From assembly GCA_051645545.1 (NCBI GenBank), contig JBOFBL010000555.1, forward strand, positions 1 through 55,504: 55,504 bases of DNA. The letters are read 5' to 3'. A program made the translations under genes and the position numbers. This stretch comes from Casimicrobium sp. Its GTDB lineage: Bacteria > Pseudomonadota > Gammaproteobacteria > Burkholderiales > Casimicrobiaceae. The notes beneath the pieces were generated by a model. The model was not told where the DNA came from and ran no database searches. It saw only the letters and a list, made by a program, of their open reading frames with translations. This document shows, piece by piece, positions 46,045-54,800 of the stretch (within the stretch, counting starts at the first letter, position 1; each line of letters starts with the position of its first letter).

Positions 46045-46568
46045 TTCTGCCCCAATTCGATGAGCGCGGCGCGCACGGCGGCGATCGCTTTCGGATCGTC
46101 TTTGCCGGCGATGATGTTCAGGCCGATTGCGCCGGTGGCGTGATGTTTAATGAGTTCGGCATCTTGCTCGGCGCGAATCTGGTTTTTGCCTTGTTCGCGG
46201 GCGATGCCTTCGGCCTTGGCGATTTCGGCTTTTTGTAGTGCGTCAATCACGGGTTGCGCGGCGAGGAGCAGCGCAAGCCCGATCGCGCACGCGGTGGCGA
46301 TCGAGGATTGCACGGGGCCGAGCATGAAGAAACGGCTGAAGCGTTGAACGGCGCGCGCGAGCGTTGCGCTCGCGGCGCGCGACCACTGGATGACCAGCGA
46401 GCGGTGGTGCGCCCAGCGCGAGCGATTAGCTTCGCTGCGCTTGCGATCAACGTAGGTTGGGTTGCGCGCGGCGGCGTGGGTGTTGGTGACGGTGACGGTG
46501 AGTTCGGCGTGCAAGTGATGCAAACCGACCAGCGCTTGCTGCGCTTCCTTCGAGAAATTGGCTTCCAT
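46041..46568 (-). CDS. Hypothetical membrane-anchored protein
   Basis: Internal hydrophobic segment. Confidence 0.65.
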   Translation of the reverse strand: MEANFSKEAQQALVGLHHLHAELTVTVTNTHAAARNPTYVDRKRSEANRSRWAHHRSLVIQWSRAASATLARAVQRFSRFFMLGPVQSSIATACAIGLALLLAAQPVIDALQKAEIAKAEGIAREQGKNQIRAEQDAELIKHHATGAIGLNIIAGKDDPKAIAAVRAALIELGQK

Positions 46569-46571
46569 CGT

Positions 46572-47153
46572 TTAGCCCCGTTTCTTTTGGGGGGTCGATG
46601 GTTTTTTTGCTTTTTTTGACGCGGTTCGTTTTCTGAGTTTTTCTTTTGCTTCGGTGAGTTCGCGAGCCAAGTGGGCGTTAGCGCCTGCGTGTTGGTCGCG
46701 GATTTCTATCGCGCTGGCGAGTTGTTTTTCGAGCGCGGCTTTTTCGTCGGCGAGGCGAACGTTTTGTGCGGCGAGGTCGGCGGCGGTTTGGCCGAGCGCG
46801 GTGATCTTGTCGTCTTGCGCGCGTTCGTCAGTTCTTCGCGCGTTTGCGGCTGCGTTTGCTTCAATGGCAACAAACTCAGCGATGTCGAGGATCGCCGTTC
46901 GCGTGTCTTCGTTCGCTATTTCGGCGAACCCTCTAATCTTCTCAATGAGTGATGGAAATGTCGCTGTCCGTTTCGATGAAAAAAAAGACTGACTCGTGTC
47001 GACCGTAACATCGCGATCGCCGCGCTTTAACTCGTTTGCAGCGGCCTTGACGGCCTGCTCGTCGAATTCTTGATATGCGTCGGTCGTGATCTCAATCGTG
47101 ACGGTCGCGCGGATGCCGCGTTGCTCGACCATCTGGGAATATTTGGCTGTCAT
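46572..47153 (-). CDS. First gene of PL operon; coiled-coil protein with basic tail
   Basis: GGAG RBS just downstream of PL. Confidence 0.7.
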   Translation of the reverse strand: MTAKYSQMVEQRGIRATVTIEITTDAYQEFDEQAVKAAANELKRGDRDVTVDTSQSFFSSKRTATFPSLIEKIRGFAEIANEDTRTAILDIAEFVAIEANAAANARRTDERAQDDKITALGQTAADLAAQNVRLADEKAALEKQLASAIEIRDQHAGANAHLARELTEAKEKLRKRTASKKAKKPSTPQKKRG

Positions 47154-47190
47154 GTTCGCTCCGTGCCCTGTGAGGTAGGGTGTGGAGTGA

Positions 47191-47231
47191 ATTATGCACA
47201 TACGCCTAAAATTGTCAATGCACATTTGCAT
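47191..47231 (-). promoter_or_regulatory. PL promoter with two operators
   Basis: TTGACA-N16-CATAAT; operators ATGCACATACGCCT (47194) and ATGCACATTTGCAT (47218). Confidence 0.8.
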
Positions 47232-47249
47232 TGATTTTGGCGGGGATGC

Positions 47250-47274
47250 AAAAAAAGCTGCGTTGCGCAGCTTT
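47250..47274 (-). terminator. Intrinsic terminator of the repressor operon
   Basis: AAAGCTGCG-caa-CGCAGC followed by T7 on minus strand. Confidence 0.7.
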
Positions 47275-47293
47275 GCAGGGCGTTTGGGCGTCT

Positions 47294-47728
47294 CTATCGA
47301 GACACGGTGCGTTCTATGGGTACGTTGCGGTATTCCTTCTCTTGTGGGTCGCCAGCGGCGGCGTAGATCACGCGAACGGTAGAGACTTGTTCGGCCCGAA
47401 ACTCATCGCTTGATCGGCCAAACACGTAGGCGACGGTTTGGGTGCGTGCATCGGTGGAAAACCGATCAATCGATACTGTGTTTTCTCTCTCGTAAATCTT
47501 GTCGTTGGCGCTGTTGAACAGGCTGACTTTGTAGCGCACGCGTGTGGTTTCTCCGTTCGCGTTTGTCCATCGTGGTCGCAGCGTCACCGACCACGATGGG
47601 CTGGATGAAGATCCGTTGTGTTCGATCACGATGCGTGCATCGTTGAGCGTTACTTTATCCGTGGTTTGTGCATAAGTGTTAAACGCGGCATAACAGAAAA
47701 TTACCGCAAATACAACTAGGGATTTCAT
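47294..47728 (-). CDS. Exported protein downstream of repressor
   Basis: Signal peptide MKSLVVFAVIFCYAAFNTYA; beta-rich body. Confidence 0.75.
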   Translation of the reverse strand: MKSLVVFAVIFCYAAFNTYAQTTDKVTLNDARIVIEHNGSSSSPSWSVTLRPRWTNANGETTRVRYKVSLFNSANDKIYERENTVSIDRFSTDARTQTVAYVFGRSSDEFRAEQVSTVRVIYAAAGDPQEKEYRNVPIERTVSR

Positions 47729-47789
47729 AGGCTATAAAAATTGATAGGTTGTGGGGGTTTTGGTCGCGGATACAAATGCTATTTGTGGG

Positions 47790-48233
47790 CTAGTTTTCGT
47801 GAATTTTCTTGAGTTTCTCGAACCGCTGGCGCGCTTGTCTGGCTTTCGACAGCGCTTCTCGCACGTCGTTCTCGTCTAGCCAGCCGAGCGCGTCTTCCCA
47901 TTCCCGAAGTTTCTGGGGGTCGATTTTGCCGCCGTATTTTTTTTGCGGTGGCAGGATGTAGGTGGCGGGCGTTTCTTTGGTGTGCAGTGGCGGGTTAGGC
48001 GCCAGTATCGGGTACGTCGGGATCATGGTTCCCGCACCTGTGCGCAGCCACACAAAATCAATGCTTAACGCTTGCGCGATACGCTCAATGGTGTCTTCGC
48101 GCGGGTTTTTGATGAAGCCGTCAATGATGCGCTGAATCGTTGTTTGCCCAACGCCACAGCGTTTTGCGAGCTGGGTTGGGTTGGTGTTTCGAAACGCAAT
48201 CGCTTCGGCTAATCGTTCGCCTGATTTGGTCAT
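47790..48233 (-). CDS. XRE-family HTH repressor (CI-like), no peptidase domain
   Basis: GERL...QLAKRCGVGQTTIQRI...IAQAL....WLRTG; divergent from cro. Confidence 0.85.
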   Translation of the reverse strand: MTKSGERLAEAIAFRNTNPTQLAKRCGVGQTTIQRIIDGFIKNPREDTIERIAQALSIDFVWLRTGAGTMIPTYPILAPNPPLHTKETPATYILPPQKKYGGKIDPQKLREWEDALGWLDENDVREALSKARQARQRFEKLKKIHEN

Positions 48234-48254
48234 GACTTGAATTGTTTCTGGTAC

Positions 48255-48295
48255 TTGCGCGCACATGTGCCTTGCTGCATAATGCACATATGCAG
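48255..48295 (+). promoter_or_regulatory. PR promoter with two operators
   Basis: TTGCGC-N17-CATAAT; operators GCGCACATGTGCCT (48259) and ATGCACATATGCAG (48282). Confidence 0.75.
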
Positions 48296-48520
48296 AATGC
48301 GGAACGACCCCCAGAAGAGTGGAATTTGAATGAGATGTTGGCATGGCTAACGGCTCGTTTTTCACAGGCAGAAATCGCGCAAGAGACGGGCTTGGATCAG
48401 AGCACGATCAGCCGAATTGCGCGCGGCGATTACGACACGAAATACAGCAACGGCAAGGGCATCGAGCGCTTCTTTTTGAAGATGTACGCGATGGCGCAGA
48501 AGTTGAAAGTAGCCGCCTGA
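48290..48520 (+). CDS. Cro-like HTH regulator
   Basis: SQAEIAQETGLDQSTISRIARG. Confidence 0.85.
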   Translation: MQNAERPPEEWNLNEMLAWLTARFSQAEIAQETGLDQSTISRIARGDYDTKYSNGKGIERFFLKMYAMAQKLKVAA

Positions 48521-48521
48521 C

Positions 48522-48758
48522 ATGAGCGACGATTTCGACGGCTCACAGCGCATCGTGTTCACCATCGCGCACTTGGCACCCGATGATTTGCGCGAGTTGA
48601 TTCGTGCCGAACTTGCTGCGGGGTTGGCGAAGGATCGCGAGATGCGCAAGCTCGAACTCATGGCGTCGCTCAAGCGCGAGCCCGAACCCCGGATGTCTCT
48701 GCCGATGCGCGCTGCGCTGGCGTGGGATGTGTTGTGTGGGAAGGGGGGTGGGGTGTGA
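48522..48758 (+). CDS. Hypothetical protein
   Basis: Directly follows cro. Confidence 0.6.
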   Translation: MSDDFDGSQRIVFTIAHLAPDDLRELIRAELAAGLAKDREMRKLELMASLKREPEPRMSLPMRAALAWDVLCGKGGGV

Positions 48759-49054
48759 GCGGTCTTTCGTTTCAATGTCTGAGTGGGCGTGCCGCAAACG
48801 CCCTCGTTAACTGCCGCGCACAGAACCAATCGGCTGTGGTGCGCGTCAGCCCTGTGTTTGACGGCGGTCGCGCGAATGGCTCCGCCAAGATCGATTCGCG
48901 CGCGTTGAACACAACCCTCCGAGGCGGTGTTTCTCATAGGCATCGTTTCAACGCGGCGCAGCAACGGCCCGCGACCAAGCCTTTGCCGTTGCGCCCATTT
49001 GATTCCACGAGCCGAACCAACAGCGGGGCGTGCTCCGAGCAGGTTCGTGGCCTG

Positions 49055-49091
49055 GCCTGTGCGCGCTTTCGGGTGCGTGCGGGCTTTTTTT
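49055..49091 (+). terminator. tR1-like intrinsic terminator
   Basis: GC/GU stem plus T7. Confidence 0.75.
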
Positions 49092-49206
49092 ATTCGTGGA
49101 TGGCGGTGTGTGATTTGTTGCATGTCGTCATTGTGTTTTTTTGTTTGCAAGTTGTCGTTCCACGGGGTTCCATGATTCATGGAAGCGCGTGGAACCACGG
49201 GTTTAA

Positions 49207-49623
49207 GTGGGGTTCGCTTTGAGTTCGCAATCGCCTTTGTTTTTCGAAGACGCGCTCGACGCGCTGCGCGTGACCGTGATGGAGCTCGGGGGCTACAAGA
49301 AAGTGGGCTCGGAGCTGCGCGCGGATATGTCGGTGTCGGCGGCGGAAACCTGGCTTCGCAATTGTTTGAACGGGGAGCGCAGCGAACGGCTCAATCCCGA
49401 TCAAGTGATCGCGCTTGCGCTCTTGGCGCGCAAGCAGGGCTCGGTGCTTTATCTGCAATTTTTGGCGCAAGTGCTCGGGTTCACGTTCGAGCTGATTACC
49501 GATGAGCGCGCGCAGACGGTGGCCATTCAGGGCGTGGCGAAAGCGGCGCTTCAATTTGAAAAAGCGATGTCGATCGCGAAGACGATGGGCGTTGATTTTG
49601 AAACGTTGGCGGGGGGCAAATGA
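49207..49623 (+). CDS. CII-like regulator
   Basis: LGG.K.VG..L...A..WL.NCLN..R.E.L.P.Q pattern and position; start may be TTG 49219. Confidence 0.7.
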   Translation: MGFALSSQSPLFFEDALDALRVTVMELGGYKKVGSELRADMSVSAAETWLRNCLNGERSERLNPDQVIALALLARKQGSVLYLQFLAQVLGFTFELITDERAQTVAIQGVAKAALQFEKAMSIAKTMGVDFETLAGGK

Positions 49624-49829
49624 GTGAAATTCGACTAGACCGTTGGTCATTGGGTGCGGGGCATGTGCCCTGTTTTTTGTATGCGGAAGCGAGCGTTGCG
49701 CCGCGAGGTTTGTTGGGTGATCTGTTGGCGTCGGTGACCTACGTTGCGCCTAAGCGCGCTGCGATTCAGTGTCGAACGGTGGGTTTGTTTGTGGCGCAAG
49801 CGCTTCGCATTGAAGGCGGTGCGAAATGA
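49620..49829 (+). CDS. Hypothetical protein
   Basis: ATGA coupling. Confidence 0.55.
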   Translation: MSEIRLDRWSLGAGHVPCFLYAEASVAPRGLLGDLLASVTYVAPKRAAIQCRTVGLFVAQALRIEGGAK

Positions 49830-50452
49830 GTGCCGCACTTACCAACGCACAGGCGGCTATTGAATGGGTGCCGCCGCGCCCGTTTTCTGATGTGCTGGCT
49901 TTCTGTGTGGCGCAGGTGACGAAGGGGAAGGGCGCAGAGCGGCATGGGGGGCAAGCGCCGTTCATCATGCAGCCGTGGGTGACCTTGGCCGATGCGCATA
50001 CCGTGGGGTTTCTCACGGGGCAATCGGAGAAGAAATGGCACGAGGCGCACGGCTCAGTGATCGCGCGCGACGATGGTCGCTTTTTGTGTGAGGTGGCGGG
50101 GGCGATCAATTATTCGCTGTTCGCGCTGATTTTGCTTTGCGATCGCGAAGTGGCGTCGAAGCGCATTTCGCCGCATCGTGTGGGCTTGTCTGCCGATGCG
50201 TGGCTTGCTGGGGTGTGGCCGACCGTGGATGTGGTGGAAGCGCATTTGCGTTTAGTGCAGCCGCCCGAGAAGCCTGCGCCTGCGTTTCAGGATCGGGCGG
50301 TGTTAGTGCGGCTAATTCAGTTTCAAGTGTTGAAGATGGCGAAGGCTGCGCATGAGCGCATGCAGCGCATGGTGCCGCCGCTGAACGTGCCGCCGCTGCG
50401 GTTTCCGTCGCCCGATGTCAGTTCAATTCCTTTGCTGAAGGATCGCGTGTGA
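49826..50452 (+). CDS. Conserved phage protein (GKG.ERH family)
   Basis: Q..GKG.ERH...PF..QP...GF..GQ..KK..E...GAINY. Confidence 0.7.
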   Translation: MSAALTNAQAAIEWVPPRPFSDVLAFCVAQVTKGKGAERHGGQAPFIMQPWVTLADAHTVGFLTGQSEKKWHEAHGSVIARDDGRFLCEVAGAINYSLFALILLCDREVASKRISPHRVGLSADAWLAGVWPTVDVVEAHLRLVQPPEKPAPAFQDRAVLVRLIQFQVLKMAKAAHERMQRMVPPLNVPPLRFPSPDVSSIPLLKDRV

Positions 50453-50676
50453 TGAAGACGTTTTTTCTGTGGTGTGTCGGGGGTAGTTTTCCGCGCGATG
50501 TGATCTCGGAGACGAAGCCCGAGTTCGCTTGTTCGCCGGTTCTTAAAGATGGTCATCCGACTGAAAAAGAGGCGATCAAAACGCTGCCGATGAGTGCTTG
50601 GCATGAATCGGTGGAGGCGGGCTCTTGGAAAGAGGCGAAGGCGCTGTTTCGGCAGCGTGGGTTGTTGTTGAGGTAA
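50449..50676 (+). CDS. Hypothetical protein
   Basis: GTGA coupling. Confidence 0.6.
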   Translation: MMKTFFLWCVGGSFPRDVISETKPEFACSPVLKDGHPTEKEAIKTLPMSAWHESVEAGSWKEAKALFRQRGLLLR

Positions 50677-50681
50677 CAACG

Positions 50682-50993
50682 ATGGCTTACAGTAATTTTC
50701 AGCATCAAGAGGCGGAGCGGCGGTTCGCAACGCTTCGCGCCAATCCCGGTTCGACGCCTGCGCAGATCGCGGCGCTGCTTAATCGGCGCGGGCTGACGGC
50801 AGCGGCGTTGTCTATTCGTTTTTCCCGAGTGGGTGCGCATGGGGTTTGCAACGCGACGTGCGGTGCCTGGCGCACTGACTCGATCTTACGCGTATACCGC
50901 AATCGTGCCGGTTTTGCCGAGTCGCGCGGAGTTCAGTCGGTTACGCGTGGCGCTGTCGCCGCCCGTGGTGGCTCAAAGCGCCGGCGTGGATGA
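50682..50993 (+). CDS. Putative HTH protein
   Basis: GAGGT RBS; LRANPGST..QIA..L. Confidence 0.55.
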   Translation: MAYSNFQHQEAERRFATLRANPGSTPAQIAALLNRRGLTAAALSIRFSRVGAHGVCNATCGAWRTDSILRVYRNRAGFAESRGVQSVTRGAVAARGGSKRRRG

Positions 50994-51199
50994 GGGCTTT
51001 GGGTTGCGGCGCATGTCTTCTTTCGTGAATCAGGCTGATTTAGCGCCTTGGTTGAGGGGTTTGGTATGAGTTGCCGCGTGGATGTGTCGGATGTTGTTTG
51101 GCTGAGTGCGCCGTTTCCCGAGTTCGTATTGCCTGCGGCTTCGCCCGTTGATCCAAGTTCATTGGGCGATTGGCAGTGTGATGTGTTGGAGGTTGTGAC

Positions 51200-51544
51200 G
51201 TGTATGCGCTGAAAAAAAACACGCAGGGCTATTACATCGCGAAGTTGATGACCGGCGAATGGGTATCGGCGCTGCGCGTGGCGATGGGGCTGCACATCAT
51301 TGATATGCATGCGCGGATTCAAGACATCAAGCGTGCCGATGGCGTGCTCAATACGCGTGACATTACGGTGGATGGTGTGACGCATACGGAATACACGCTC
51401 GCTCGCGCGCCGCGAGTTGAGCGTTGGTCTGAGGCTGATCGCGACGCGTTTAACCGTAACGTATTGCCTCACAAGGTACCTGCACCGAACGCGCCTGCGT
51501 GGGTGCCGCCTGAGCCGTTCGACAAGATGAGATTGGCGGCGTAG
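51200..51544 (+). CDS. Winged-helix protein
   Basis: GGAGG RBS; L..G..VS...A...I..MHARI.D.K...EY.L. Confidence 0.65.
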   Translation: MYALKKNTQGYYIAKLMTGEWVSALRVAMGLHIIDMHARIQDIKRADGVLNTRDITVDGVTHTEYTLARAPRVERWSEADRDAFNRNVLPHKVPAPNAPAWVPPEPFDKMRLAA

Positions 51545-52561
51545 ATGCGCGAATACGGCTCGGTAAGTCCTCAGTTTTGGATCGGGGCGACAGGCAAGCG
51601 GCTGCGCGGTAATCCCGATGCGCAAATCGTTGCGCTGTACCTGATGACGTGTCCGCATTCGAACATGATCGGCGTGTTTCACTGCCCGATTTTGTACATC
51701 GCGCACGAAACCGGCCTCCCCTTCGAAGGGGCTTCGAAGGGGCTTCGAAGCCTCCAAGAGGAGGGGTTTTGCCAATATGACCCCGATTCCGAGACTGTTT
51801 TCGTGGTTAGGATGGCGGAATACCAAATCGGAGCCGAACTCAAGGAGGGGGACAACAAGATTGTCGGGGTGCGAAAAGCCTATCTCGCCATCGCTGAAAC
51901 CCGCATGCGCAAAGCGTTTCACGCGGTTTACGCGACCGCATTTCGGTTGCCAGAATGGGTGGAAAAACCGCCCGAAAACGATGCGATTTCGAAGCCCCTT
52001 CGAAGCCCCTTCGAAGCCCCTCCGAAGCAATTAACAGGAACAGGAACAGGAACAGGAACAGGAACAGGAACAGGAACAGGAGAGTGTGCGCCGCAAGCGG
52101 CTGACCCGCTCCGGCCGCCCGACCCTGTTGCCCAAACCGTGCCCGACTCGGGGCCAACTCGAGCAAAAGCTCGCAGCGCTCAGGTGCAGCGTCGAGCACG
52201 TCAGACGACGATCCCCGAGGATTTTTCGATTTCGGACAGGGTGCGGCAATGGGCGCAAGCGCAAGGCGTGATTGACTTGCAAGCGCATTTCGAGCATTTT
52301 TCGATGAAGTGCAAAAGCAAGGGCTACGCCTATGCCGATTGGGATACGGCTTTCATCGCTGCGATCATGGACGATTGGCGCGGCGGCGGGCGGCGTGGGG
52401 CGCGTGCGCCGCCGGTGCGAGCCTCGTCTTCGGGCGCTGGTGACGACGACGTGGCGGGCTGGATGCCGCCGGAAATGCGCGCGAACGCGCCGAAAAATGG
52501 TGCGTCGAGCGAATTCTCAATGAAAACTGTGTCCGCCGAGGTTTTTGATGGAAGCCAATGA
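51545..52561 (+). CDS. Phage replication initiator protein
   Basis: MR.Y..VSP.FW.G.TG...ALYLMT.PH.NM.G...YIAHETG N-terminus; internal iterons. Confidence 0.85.
   Translation: MREYGSVSPQFWIGATGKRLRGNPDAQIVALYLMTCPHSNMIGVFHCPILYIAHETGLPFEGASKGLRSLQEEGFCQYDPDSETVFVVRMAEYQIGAELKEGDNKIVGVRKAYLAIAETRMRKAFHAVYATAFRLPEWVEKPPENDAISKPLRSPFEAPPKQLTGTGTGTGTGTGTGTGECAPQAADPLRPPDPVAQTVPDSGPTRAKARSAQVQRRARQTTIPEDFSISDRVRQWAQAQGVIDLQAHFEHFSMKCKSKGYAYADWDTAFIAAIMDDWRGGGRRGARAPPVRASSSGAGDDDVAGWMPPEMRANAPKNGASSEFSMKTVSAEVFDGSQ
51721..52028. repeat. Candidate origin iterons (11-bp TTCGAAGCCCC units in two inverted clusters)
   Basis: 51721-51749 is the perfect reverse complement of 51988-52016. Confidence 0.7.
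52034..52081 (+). repeat. (ACAGGA)8 tandem repeat
   Basis: Eight exact copies encoding (TG)8. Confidence 0.95.
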
Positions 52562-53444
52562 TTTTGCTGAATTTCGGGATTTGATGCGCGGGGCGTGGCT
52601 TGCGATCACGCACGGTCGCGAAGAACCTTCGAAGCCGTTGCTGGACGTGTTCTGGCGTGCGTTTTCGTCGGTGCCGATCGGACAGTTCGCGAAGGCGATC
52701 GAGGCGCATTTGCGCGACCCGAAGCACGGCGAATTCCTGCCGCGTCCAGCGTCGATCGAACGATGGTTGGCAACGTTTCAGTCCGACGATGGCCGCCCGT
52801 CGCCCGACGAGGCGTGGGGCATCGCGCTAGCGGCGGAAAGCGAGGCGGCGACGGTGGTGTGGACGCCGGAAATTCGTGCGGCGTGGGCGGCTTGCGAGAC
52901 GATTGCGGTAGAGGGGCGAGACAAGGTGGGAGCACGCAAAACGTTCCTCGCGACCTATGAGCGATTGTTGCAACAGGTTCGGGCTCGTGCCGAGCCGGTT
53001 CGTTGGGAGATTTCGCACGGCCATGACCCGCATCAACGTGTGGCGGCGATCGAGCATGCGGCGCGGTTGAATCGCATTGCGTCCGCCGATGCGATTGCTG
53101 TGATCGCGATGGTAAGGCCGCTCGCCTTGCCAAGCGCCACGGCTGAGCGCGTGGCGGCGAGTGATGGCGCTGTCGCTGGATTGCTTGCGCACGTGGCGGA
53201 AGCGAGCGACGTTGATGGTTTGGCGCGATTGGCTGAAACGAAACGCATGCTGGCCGAACGTCGTGCCGCGCGATTAGCCGAAGAGGATGCTGCGCGCGAT
53301 GAGCGATCGGCGGCAGCGGCGAAACGTGCGGCAGTAATGGTTGCCTTGCATGGTGGCGCGGATGCCGTTGCTCGGGCAACCGAGCGTGTGATGTCTCTTA
53401 ACCCACAGCGCTCCGCTCGTCGACGCGCGAAGGCGGCGGCATGA
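52548..53444 (+). CDS. Replication accessory protein (helicase loader/inhibitor-like)
   Basis: Follows initiator; F.P.PA.I, DGRP..DEAW, TVVWT.E, D..GAR..F...Y. Confidence 0.7.
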   Translation: MEANDFAEFRDLMRGAWLAITHGREEPSKPLLDVFWRAFSSVPIGQFAKAIEAHLRDPKHGEFLPRPASIERWLATFQSDDGRPSPDEAWGIALAAESEAATVVWTPEIRAAWAACETIAVEGRDKVGARKTFLATYERLLQQVRARAEPVRWEISHGHDPHQRVAAIEHAARLNRIASADAIAVIAMVRPLALPSATAERVAASDGAVAGLLAHVAEASDVDGLARLAETKRMLAERRAARLAEEDAARDERSAAAAKRAAVMVALHGGADAVARATERVMSLNPQRSARRRAKAAA

Positions 53445-53773
53445 GCGCGAAACGAAAACAGAATCGTCGCAACAGGGCTGCGCAAGTGCTAATTCAATCG
53501 CTTTACGCGCGGCTAGCTGATGCGGAAATCAAGTTGCAGGTTGATGCGGTTGAGATGCACGCTCTTGTTGTGGAGGCTTTTCAGGCGAAAAGCAGGGAGT
53601 GTTTCTATCGCGACGCGTTGAGAAAAGAGCGCGAGCAATTGCGAGCGCAGCTGGCGGCGTTCACGCAAAGCGCAGTTGATTTGGTGAATTTTTCCAAGCA
53701 GCCGTCCATCTTTGTTCAGATGACGCAAGCGCAGTTAGATGATGCTCGTGTCGCGTTCGGAGCGTCAAAATGA
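53441..53773 (+). CDS. Hypothetical coiled-coil protein
   Basis: ATGA coupling. Confidence 0.6.
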   Translation: MSAKRKQNRRNRAAQVLIQSLYARLADAEIKLQVDAVEMHALVVEAFQAKSRECFYRDALRKEREQLRAQLAAFTQSAVDLVNFSKQPSIFVQMTQAQLDDARVAFGASK

Positions 53774-54276
53774 GCCGCCACAGAACCATCGGCTTGACCG
53801 ATTACGCGGTGAGCCTCATCGACAACTGGATTGCCAACGCGCATTCAGGCAATTCGGTGGTACCGCGAGACTTTCATCGCGAAATCGATCGCCATGAACC
53901 GCGCGCGCAGCCGAATGCCTTGTGGGCTGCGCCGGTGGAGGCGATCTATCGCGAGCTGTGGGAGAGCGATCCAGTGCGTCACACGGCGGCGCTGTGCGTT
54001 GCTGCGTTCACCTTCGGTGCGCCGCGCAACCGTTTGCAGCAATTGAATGTGACGAAATCGCAAGCGGATACGTGGCTGTGGCTCTTCGGCTATGAGGTGA
54101 ACTTGATCGACTTGGCGAAGGTGGGCGATTCGGCAAAGCTCAATGTGCGAGCTCGCGAAAGCTACGCAATATCGAAAGAGTTTGGCGATTTGCGCAAGCC
54201 TTTACCTCGCGAAAAGATCGCGCGCGATGCGTCGGTGTGGGCAGGGGGTGTGCGTGTTAGAAAACTGTTCAACTAA
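53770..54276 (+). CDS. Hypothetical protein (position of late regulator/Q)
   Basis: ATGA coupling; function only positional. Confidence 0.6.
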   Translation: MSRHRTIGLTDYAVSLIDNWIANAHSGNSVVPRDFHREIDRHEPRAQPNALWAAPVEAIYRELWESDPVRHTAALCVAAFTFGAPRNRLQQLNVTKSQADTWLWLFGYEVNLIDLAKVGDSAKLNVRARESYAISKEFGDLRKPLPREKIARDASVWAGGVRVRKLFN

Positions 54277-54661
54277 GAACGATACGGCGTTTACCGCCGA
54301 TCAGCTGCTTTGCGGGCGAGCGCTGAAATTCAAGGGCGCGAAAGAGCTTCAAGGCATTTTCGAGTGGTTCGACAACACTTGGTATGGCGTGGGTGAGTTG
54401 TGTGGCATGCTTGAATCTATGCGTGTGATCGTTCACCGCGATACTCTAAGAAACGGGCTTGAGCAAATGTGTGATTCAGGTTTTCTGGAGAGAACAAATC
54501 CGAAAAGATTGGCTCGTATCAAAACGCTCTATCGCAGGAAATTGACCGATGAGCAAAGGCAATACCGCGAGCGCGAGCGGGCTAAGGCACGCAACATGAT
54601 CGCGCGCGCTAAGGTAGCCAATCGCGTCGAGCGTCGCGAGGCGCGCAACATGCCCGGATAA
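54254..54661 (+). CDS. Putative winged-helix protein
   Basis: V.EL...L.....TLR..L..M...GFLER pattern; start uncertain. Confidence 0.5.
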   Translation: MLENCSTKNDTAFTADQLLCGRALKFKGAKELQGIFEWFDNTWYGVGELCGMLESMRVIVHRDTLRNGLEQMCDSGFLERTNPKRLARIKTLYRRKLTDEQRQYRERERAKARNMIARAKVANRVERREARNMPG

Positions 54662-54705
54662 GCGCCACAGTTTTTAGCTAAATTGCAAAAATTCTTTTCT
54701 TTATA

Positions 54706-54718
54706 AATCAAGGCGTTA
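54706..54718 (+). promoter_or_regulatory. IHF consensus site in AT-rich late-promoter region
   Basis: AATCAAGGCGTTA matches WATCAR-N4-TTR; TTGCAA-N16-CAGAAT lies downstream. Confidence 0.5.
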
Positions 54719-54800
54719 GCGAAAATCTGCCGAAACCAACGATTGCAAACTGCCGAACGTTGTGCAGAATTCGTGGCGGGCAACTGCGCGCATCGAAATC

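Noticed and set aside
48722-49222. 166-aa ORF between cro and cII
   Set aside because: Runs through a terminator and palindrome, atypical composition; likely non-coding
50933-52030. 365-aa antisense ORF sharing FEGASKGLR with the initiator
   Set aside because: Explained by the inverted iteron repeat; shadow ORF
51721-52081. CRISPR-like array
   Set aside because: Tandem units without unique spacers, inside a coding gene; no cas genes
52034-52081. Phase-variable ON/OFF switch or frameshift at the hexamer tract
   Set aside because: Unit is a multiple of 3 and the downstream domain is in frame
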